Assembly: GCA_037305845.1 (NCBI GenBank) | Contig: CP147778.1 | Span: forward strand, 384,001-448,000 | Direction: 5' to 3' | Origin: Candidatus Freyarchaeum deiterrae | Lineage (GTDB): Archaea > Asgardarchaeota > Jordiarchaeia > Jordiarchaeales > Jordiarchaeaceae | DNA length: 64,000 nucleotides | Part shown: positions 32,662 through 40,380 of the stretch, in pieces | How positions within the stretch are numbered: position 1 is the first letter of the stretch | How the letters are laid out: every line of letters begins with the position of its first letter | The notes under the pieces: model-generated | Seen by the model: only the letters and a program-made list of their open reading frames with translations | Told to the model about the DNA's origin: nothing | Databases searched by the model: none | Translations under genes and position numbers: made by a program

Positions 32662-33787
32662 TTACCTTCTCCTAACCAAAATCACTGCGATACTAACCAG
32701 CACGACAGCAACCAAGATTCCGCCAAAAAGCATCAGGTTTGATGTTGATTGCCCTGAATTAGCGATGGATATGCCGTAGACCATTAGAAGCGAAAGTAGA
32801 TTGCTTGGTTGAAGCAAGCTGAAATACGGGTCGATGCTTATATTGCCATCTGTAAAGTTCTGATGAGAGAAAGCAATGCTAATTGTCATCTCGTCTTCAT
32901 TCAAGAGGTAGGTCGAATTGGCTTTGCAGGGTTGGTTGGTACTGTTGTACGCGCCGTTGAACCAGCTAAACTTAGCAACAGGACTTCCCATTGAATCGAC
33001 AAAGTCGGTCTCGGACAAATCTTCATTACCCATAAGCGAATGTGAAAGACCACTGGTACCATTTACAATATCGGAACCTTCTTCCGCCCATCTGTACATA
33101 TATTCAGAAGAACCCTGAACACGTGATTCAAGATTTATCACCAAAGCAAGATATCTAGAACTATTAAGATTACTTCCACTTTCTGTTTGCCACTTGTAGT
33201 TCGTAATATTTAATCCGAATTTTAACGTTACATTATCTGGAACTGTTACATTTGTATTATTGAATTGTATGGTTGTCGATTTAAAGAAGAGTGTGATACT
33301 GAATGTGATGTTGAAAGCACCAGTTTTCTCATACCCATTTAGGGAAATCCGAATGTAATCAAATGGAGGAATAAGGGGAGACCAAGCTATATGAAAATCA
33401 GTCCAGTTCCAAAAAAACGTCTGTGGTTAAGCTGTACGTTTTCAAAACGTTGTCGATGCCTTGGTCGAAACGCCCATTTGAATTGCTATCGTTGAATTCT
33501 GTTAAGTTTGCAAACTCTAATCCGAACCTGCTATTCGCTATGCCTTCATGGGTAAAATTCGCTGACATTAAATCGTTTGTAAGGTTAACCATCATCATGT
33601 TTGTGAAGAACGATTTGGTATTATTATCCCACCCGCTGGGCAGCGGTATACTTTGTCCTGATAGCTTATTGTTTACTGTTGGGATGCTTGTTGCTTTTAC
33701 TGGAGCTGTTAATGCTGGTAACGCCATAAGCAGTGTAAATATTATTACTGTTGCGAAGGCTACTCCTAGTATCATCTTCCTTCTCAT
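32662..33787 (-). pseudogene. Secreted surface protein with C-terminal TM anchor, split by a frameshift at a T7 run (33411-33417)
   Basis: Removing one T joins 33398..33787 to an open frame running into 32662..33144; signal peptide, DSNSNGRFD Ca-loop-like motif, many NxS/T sequons. Confidence 0.8.
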
Positions 33788-33982
33788 TTTTCCTTCCCCA
33801 ATTTTTTTGGATGAGCATTATATAGTAAAAAAGATTTATTTAAAAATTTTCATTAAACGGTTGGATGGTTTAAAAAATAGTTTCTTTAAATTCTCAAAAA
33901 TTAAGAAAAATTATAAGCTCTTTGGATTGTTCAAAGAGGTTGAAGAAGGCTATTTTAAACTTTTAATTGATTAAAAATAGAA

Positions 33983-34465
33983 TTAAGATGAGAATGCTTT
34001 GCTGATTTCTTTAAGCTGTTTTTCGTTTATCTGGTCTAGCTTGACGCTGATGGTTTTGACGACCTTCATGTCCTTCTCCTCCAGTTTCTTCTTGATGCGT
34101 TTCGGGAAGTTCTCTCTCCCCATTCCTGAGGAGACGAAGACAACAGCCTTCTTATCCTTAACTTTCTCCAGTTTCTCAATAAAGGTGTTCACTGGCGGAG
34201 CGTTTGTGAAACCCCAGATTGGGCATCCCACGATTAGCGCATCGTAGTCCTTCATGCTCTTGATTGGTTTAATTTCCGGTTTCCTCCTAAACATGGTGTC
34301 GAAATTTATGCGTGGGTTTAGGTGCATTAGCTTGTTGCTGTACTCTTTAATCATCTCTATTTTGAACAGGTCCACTTTCCCGGTCGATTTGAGGGTTTTT
34401 TGAATTTTCTCAGCTATTCTTTCGGTGTTACCCGATTTTGAATAGTAAGCCAGCAGAATATTCAT
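33983..34465 (-). CDS. Flavodoxin family protein
   Basis: YYSKSGNT FMN-phosphate loop, YDALIVGCPIW. Confidence 0.88.
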   Translation of the reverse strand: MNILLAYYSKSGNTERIAEKIQKTLKSTGKVDLFKIEMIKEYSNKLMHLNPRINFDTMFRRKPEIKPIKSMKDYDALIVGCPIWGFTNAPPVNTFIEKLEKVKDKKAVVFVSSGMGRENFPKRIKKKLEEKDMKVVKTISVKLDQINEKQLKEISKAFSS

Positions 34466-34559
34466 TTTCGGTCAGCTATTAGCATCTTTTTTATCGGAGG
34501 AATATGAATAATTTTTTGATCTTTGAATTCTGTCCTATTTGTGTTTTGATTGTTTTGGT

Positions 34560-35360
34560 TTATTTTTCGAGGAATTCTATTACTTTTTGGGCGAAGTCTT
34601 CGGCTACTTGGGTGGTCATTCCGTGGCCCACGTCGTCGTACAGGATTAGTTTCGCTTTGGGGATGCGTTTGGCTATTATTTCGTCGTTCTGGTAGGGTAA
34701 GAGTACGTCCTCTTTGCCTGCCATTACTAGGGTTGGTCTGTTGATTTTTGGTAGTCTGTCGTATGTGTCGAACTCCATGCAGGCTTTTAGCTGCCTCATG
34801 TAGGCGTCTTCGGTTATGGGGGCGATGAGCAAGTGGTTTACCTCTCTCTCTATAACCTCTGGATTGTTTGTGACGTAGTCCTTGGGGAAAAGTATATTCA
34901 CTAGTCTTCTGGCCATCTGCTCGTCGGTTCGGTCTCCTCTTTCCATCAATACTGCAATGGTTTCTTGTGGTGTGGGGATCGAGTTGGTTCCTCCGGGGGT
35001 TGTGGAGCAGAGAACTAGTTTTTTGACTCGGTCAGGATAGTTCAGAACGAGCTCTTGAGCTATCATGCCTCCCATGGATACGCCGAGAATATGGGCTTCA
35101 TCTATCTCGAGTGAGTCCATAAGGCCTATCGTGTCATCTGCGAACATTTTTATCGAGTAGTCGCTCTTGGGAGCGTCGGTTCTTCCGGCTCCCCTATTAT
35201 CGAATATCAGGGTTTTGAAGTGTTTGGAAAACTGTTCAATAACTTCTTGTGCCCACCAATCTTTGTTGGCGGTTAATCCCATTATCATCACGAGAGGATA
35301 TCCTTTTCCGTGGATTTCGTAGTACATTTTAATATCGCCGATTCTTATCTTAGGCAACAC
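34560..35360 (-). CDS. Alpha/beta hydrolase
   Basis: DNRGAGRT, GVSMGG, GKED, GHG. Confidence 0.9.
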   Translation of the reverse strand: MLPKIRIGDIKMYYEIHGKGYPLVMIMGLTANKDWWAQEVIEQFSKHFKTLIFDNRGAGRTDAPKSDYSIKMFADDTIGLMDSLEIDEAHILGVSMGGMIAQELVLNYPDRVKKLVLCSTTPGGTNSIPTPQETIAVLMERGDRTDEQMARRLVNILFPKDYVTNNPEVIEREVNHLLIAPITEDAYMRQLKACMEFDTYDRLPKINRPTLVMAGKEDVLLPYQNDEIIAKRIPKAKLILYDDVGHGMTTQVAEDFAQKVIEFLEK

Positions 35361-35600
35361 GGCACACCTCCTCTTGTCTCAGATAATATACCTTAGCAGA
35401 GATTTAAAATTATTTGTATAAAATACCTACGAATCGTCTATTTATTTCACATCATTATTAGTTAATGATTTCTTACTCAAGAACACTAAACTGTTTCCAG
35501 TTTCAGATATTAAGATGTAGTTAGAGCCAAAAAGGGCAGAAAATAAATCTAAATTATCTCAGAGGGAAAAAATAAAAAGATGGGGGTTTTGATTAGTTTT

Positions 35601-36398
35601 TTAGCTTTTTAAGAATTTTATTACTTCTTTGGCGAAGTCTTCGGCGTTCTGTGAACACATGCCATGTCCGGAGTCTTCAAAGGTTACCAGTTTTGCTCCC
35701 GGTATTCTCTGCGCAAGCATTTTGGAGTTCTCCCAAGGATCTACAACATCCTTCTTTCCTGTAAGAACTATGGTGGGGGCCTTTATTTTTGGCAGTTTGT
35801 CGTAAGAGTCGAATTTAGACGTTGCAATCAACTGCCGCATATACGCGTCTAGAGGCATAGGGGCTATCATTACTCGCCTTAATTGCTCCTCAATGAATTC
35901 TGGGTTATTTTTTCTGTATTCCTCAGGGTAAAGTAGGTACACGAGTACCTTCATGAGTTCCTCGCTGGTCGCCTCCATAACACTCCGAACTTTTTGGACT
36001 GTTTCAGGCGGGAAAGGAACAGATTTCGGTCCACCGCATGTGGTGGAAACGAGAACCAGTTTATCGATTCTTTGAGGGTAACTTAGGGCCATCTCTTGGG
36101 CGATTCTGCCCCCCATAGAGACGCCCAGTATGTGGGCTTGCTTTATTCCCAGCGCATCCATTAATCCCAATGTGTCGTCTGCGAACATCTTAATCGAATA
36201 ATCAATGGCTGGTTTGTCGGTTCTTCCGGCTCCTCTGCTGTCGAATATCAGGGTTTTGAAATGTTTGGAAAACTGTTCAATAAGGTCTGGAGGCCACCAG
36301 TCTTTGTTTGCGCCTAGTCCCATTATCATTACCAGTGGTGGCCCCTTTCCATGGGTTTCGTAATAAGTGTTTATGTCACCCACTTTCTTTTTGGGCAA
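35601..36398 (-). CDS. Alpha/beta hydrolase, tandem paralog of the preceding gene
   Basis: DSRGAGRT, GVSMGG, GKKD, GHG; shares IEQFSKHFKTLIFD and DYSIKMFADDT with its neighbour. Confidence 0.9.
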   Translation of the reverse strand: MPKKKVGDINTYYETHGKGPPLVMIMGLGANKDWWPPDLIEQFSKHFKTLIFDSRGAGRTDKPAIDYSIKMFADDTLGLMDALGIKQAHILGVSMGGRIAQEMALSYPQRIDKLVLVSTTCGGPKSVPFPPETVQKVRSVMEATSEELMKVLVYLLYPEEYRKNNPEFIEEQLRRVMIAPMPLDAYMRQLIATSKFDSYDKLPKIKAPTIVLTGKKDVVDPWENSKMLAQRIPGAKLVTFEDSGHGMCSQNAEDFAKEVIKFLKS

Positions 36399-36988
36399 AT
36401 TGTCACACCTCGCATATAATTGCTCTACTTGAGTTGTGTTGGGTTTCTTTTTAAATTTTCACTTATCGTATATCTGTGGGGTTGGTGTGAAGGAAGAAGC
36501 CTATTGAAGAGGGTTGATTTGTCTGGAAAACGCGTTTAAACGCTGAAAAGGAATCGGTTAAGCATTGTAAAGGTGTCTTTAAATTCGGCGTTGCATGATT
36601 GTTTCCGAAAAATCAGATTTCAGATTTTCGCCTCTTTTCTGTTAGTGTTTTCTACGAGGAGATTTCCCTCTTATTAATCTGAAACCTGGATACAAGCTCA
36701 AGTAATCTCAAATAATAAGAGAAAAAAATATATGCTGAGAAATTGAAAATTTAGTAAATTCAATGTATGGGGTGAAAGAGAATTTAACTGATTGTGAGAT
36801 AACAATACCTTTCTCGTAAGGTCGTAGAGAAAACAGGGATTATGGTTGTTGTGAAGGATGCCCACTTGGCTTACCGCAATAAACCTCTGGGAGAATCAAA
36901 TCCTGTTAGAGTGCTACACCCTTGAAAAATTCATAAAAAAGAATAAAAGGCTTATAAGTTATAGAGTTTTGAAAGACGAAGAGGAGAA

Positions 36989-37783
36989 TTGTTAGCTTTG
37001 AACTTGAACGATTTGCTGTTAGTAGCATCTTCCGCCCTATCCCTAGCCTGTACGATTTACCTCGCCAGACACTATATTAGGACGAGGAATAAAATCACCC
37101 TGTTATTATTTGTATTCTTCGCCATGTTTTCATTAACCTGGCTTGGTTATCTACTAATTAGTAATGGGGTTTTTGAATTCGACATTGTCACGTACATATT
37201 ATACGTATCTTTGGTTGACTTCGGAGTCATACTTCTCATTGGATTAGCAATGATAAAATTAAGAGAACTATTTCTACTCCCAGCTTCCATACTTCTAATT
37301 GCGTATTTTCACGAATACGCTTTGAGCGCAAGCAGAGATCAGTTAATTAACAGCATTCAGTTTCTTTTATACATCAATTACGGGCAAGTCTTAGGGAATC
37401 CCTTGTATATAGTTATTGGTGACATAATGAACGGCCCTCCCCAAGTCCTCTATAGCGAAATCTTGGACCTGCTATTTAACCCTCTGTCAGTAATAATTCC
37501 GAGAATAGATTTAACTATAATTAGTATTTACCTTCTTGTAATCTCGGCTCCAACGATTGTTCTATTCTACTACCTCTCTTGGAAGAACAGAAGCGGTAGG
37601 TCTCTGGGATTCGCCATCGGTCTTACAGTGTTAAACCTTAACTTGTTTTTTGGTTTAAGCGAGGACATAATTGCCATTACAACCGTTGTAGCAACAGTTT
37701 TCTTCGCTCTAGGAATCTTCGGAATATTCGACCGGATTGCAAAAACAGGCTCCCAAGAAACTAAAAAGGTAGTTACAAAGTAA
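36989..37783 (+). CDS. Hypothetical ~7-TM membrane protein, copy 1
   Basis: About seven hydrophobic helices; GAGGAG RBS before TTG. Confidence 0.75.
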   Translation: MLALNLNDLLLVASSALSLACTIYLARHYIRTRNKITLLLFVFFAMFSLTWLGYLLISNGVFEFDIVTYILYVSLVDFGVILLIGLAMIKLRELFLLPASILLIAYFHEYALSASRDQLINSIQFLLYINYGQVLGNPLYIVIGDIMNGPPQVLYSEILDLLFNPLSVIIPRIDLTIISIYLLVISAPTIVLFYYLSWKNRSGRSLGFAIGLTVLNLNLFFGLSEDIIAITTVVATVFFALGIFGIFDRIAKTGSQETKKVVTK

Positions 37784-37972
37784 CAACACGCTCCTCGAGA
37801 GGTAGTGGAGGAAAAGGGGATTATAGCTATTATGAATGATTCCCATTTGGCTAGGCTTTCCACAATAAACGTGGAGAATCAAATACCTACCAGTGTTCTA
37901 AAGCATCGAAAAATTCATAAAAGAAGACAAAAAACTTAGAAGTAGGAGTGCTCTAAAAGATAAGAGGTATGT

Positions 37973-38785
37973 GTGGTAGCCTTGAATGTGTATGATTTGC
38001 TGTTCCTAATGGCTTTCGCCCTGTCCCTAGCCTGTATGATTTACCTTGCTAGACACTATGTTAGAAATAGGAACTCAATTACCCTGCTTTTAACTGTGTT
38101 CTTCGCCATGTTTTCATTAACCTACATCGGTTACTTACTGATTACTACTGGGATTATCCAATTCGACCTTGTCACGTACCTATTATATGTATCCTTGGTT
38201 GACTTCGGAGTCATACTTCTCATTGGATTAGCAATGATTAAACTTAGGGAAGCCTACTTACTCCCAGCTTCCATAATTTTAATTGGGTATTTTCATGAAA
38301 GCATTCTGAGCTCGAGCAGAGATCTGTTAGTAAGAATCATTCAGTTTTTTTCATACTATAATTACGGACAGCTCATAGGAAACCCCTTGTACATGATTCT
38401 GAGTGACCAATTCTTCGGTCTATTTCCAATACAATATGCTGAAATTTTTGACATGCTCTTTAAACCCCTCTTTGAGCCTACTTCTTTTACCCCCGCAGAT
38501 ATAAATATAATTGGTATTTATCTTCTTATAATCTCGGCTCCGACGATTATCCTATTCTACTATCTCGCTTGGAAAAACAGAAGCGGTAGGTCTCTGGGAT
38601 TCGCACTCGGAATCACTGTGTTAAACTTTAACTTAATTACAGGCGTGGTCGTAGAGATAATGACCATAACAAGCCTTGTATCAATGGTTTTCATCGCTCT
38701 AGGAATATTCGGAATATTTGACCGGATTGCAAAAACAGGCTCTCGAGAAACCCAAGCGGTAGCTGCAAAAAATAAGAGTACCTAG
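37973..38785 (+). CDS. Hypothetical ~7-TM membrane protein, copy 2
   Basis: Tandem paralog sharing YVSLVDFGVILLIGLAMIKLRE and WKNRSGRSLGFA. Confidence 0.75.
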   Translation: MVALNVYDLLFLMAFALSLACMIYLARHYVRNRNSITLLLTVFFAMFSLTYIGYLLITTGIIQFDLVTYLLYVSLVDFGVILLIGLAMIKLREAYLLPASIILIGYFHESILSSSRDLLVRIIQFFSYYNYGQLIGNPLYMILSDQFFGLFPIQYAEIFDMLFKPLFEPTSFTPADINIIGIYLLIISAPTIILFYYLAWKNRSGRSLGFALGITVLNFNLITGVVVEIMTITSLVSMVFIALGIFGIFDRIAKTGSRETQAVAAKNKST

Positions 38786-39065
38786 CAGTTATATCCCTAA
38801 TTTCACAAACTAAAAATGAAGCTCAATTCAGGTATAGAAGACATAATTTAGGGTTACAATCTCTTTGACCAGACTTTGCCGCAGTCCAACCTTAACCCTA
38901 GTTTCTAGTTTATTTCTTCGACTCTAAAGGTGGGTGTTTAATATTTTTTTGGATGAAGGACTCATCTTTTCAAAAAAAGTCGAGTTGAATAATGGATTCT
39001 TATAAGTATGTTCAGTGTTCATCGTGATTCTGTCTTTACCAAAAAGAGGATTAGAGTTATTGTTT

Positions 39066-40181
39066 TTATGTAGACTCTTTCAAGTAGTTCATTACTTCTC
39101 CTACACTTGTGTAGGAGCTTCTTACTTTGGTCGGGTCTCCGAAGTATGTTTCGTTCCATATTACCCAGTGGCTCATCCCTAATTTAATGAACTGTTCCAT
39201 TTTCTCAATAATGTCTTCGGGGGTTCCCCAGAGATAACTCTCTTGGAGTACATCTAGGGGAACTTTTTCAATCGCCTCTAGTACTTCCTTTTTTGTAAAT
39301 CTTGAGGGCACAAAGTCGGTTAGACCGTAGTACTTATCTCCTAATGGATGTTCATAGCCGCATTTTTCGAATATTTCCGCGGGTGCTGCGAGTGCGTGGG
39401 CTTTGAGTAGGGGTGCCTGCAGTATCCGTAAGCATTCGTCTTGATTAGGGTCGATGATTAAACCCGTATAAAGAGCTTTAGTGATGTTATCGTATTTTCT
39501 ACCTGCCTTTTTTGCAGCTTCTTTGATGATTTGTACTCGATTTCGGTAATCATCTACAGTGATGTTAAAGGGCAGCCAACCATCAGCGTAGGTTCCCACA
39601 AGCTGGGCCATTTTCGGCCTCGCACCACCGATCCATATCGGAGGTCTGCCTGTTAATGGTGGGAGTTCGAATACTGCGTCTTTTAGGTTGTAGTATTTTC
39701 CTTCAAAGTTTAGGAGTTCGTCTCTTTGCGAATTCCAGCAGAGGCGGATAACCTGTAAAGCCTCCTCCAGTCTGCTGACGATATGGTCGTATTTTAGACC
39801 GTAGGGTTCTATGTTTTCTCTTTCTCCCGCGCCTATTCCAAGAATGCATCTGCCCTTGGTGATATGCTCCAGAGTTGCAAAACTCTGAGCGAGCATTGCG
39901 GGAGGATGCCTAATCGGTTCGGTCACACTGGAACCCATAAGGAGAGTGCTTGTAGTTGAGGCGGCGAGAGCTATTGATAGTGTTGTTTCAAAGAAGGCGT
40001 GAGGACTTGAATTAGCGAAATCTCCAGCAATATCCGGAGTCCAAATGCTCTGAGGATACCATCCCATGAGATGGTCGGGGAACCAGATGGAATCATATCC
40101 TAATTCTTCAAGTCTCTTAGCCTGCCTTGGTATACGTTCTATAGGTGGAAAAGTAGGACCGACAGTACCTATTTTCAACAT
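39066..40181 (-). CDS. LLM-class (luciferase-like, probably F420-dependent) oxidoreductase
   Basis: GYDSIWFPDH, RHPPAMLAQ, GRCILGIGAGE, PPIWIG, ADGW. Confidence 0.88.
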   Translation of the reverse strand: MLKIGTVGPTFPPIERIPRQAKRLEELGYDSIWFPDHLMGWYPQSIWTPDIAGDFANSSPHAFFETTLSIALAASTTSTLLMGSSVTEPIRHPPAMLAQSFATLEHITKGRCILGIGAGERENIEPYGLKYDHIVSRLEEALQVIRLCWNSQRDELLNFEGKYYNLKDAVFELPPLTGRPPIWIGGARPKMAQLVGTYADGWLPFNITVDDYRNRVQIIKEAAKKAGRKYDNITKALYTGLIIDPNQDECLRILQAPLLKAHALAAPAEIFEKCGYEHPLGDKYYGLTDFVPSRFTKKEVLEAIEKVPLDVLQESYLWGTPEDIIEKMEQFIKLGMSHWVIWNETYFGDPTKVRSSYTSVGEVMNYLKEST

Positions 40182-40380
40182 TTTGCTACCTCCAATTTAT
40201 CGTAATTAAATCATTCTTTGTCGAATACAGAAAAATCGGGTAGTAGTTAAACTTTTTGTTAGAAAGTTTTAAAACCTCAAACTTTCTTTTCTTTTTCCCA
40301 AAAGACAAGTGTGAGGAGTTTCTGGCACCAACTTTACTGAACTCTTTTAACTTGTGCTAGTATGAAAGGAGGGCTTCGGA

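Noticed and set aside
36989-38785. Rhodopsin call for the 7TM pair
   Set aside because: No retinal-binding Lys in the last helix and no DxxxK-type motif
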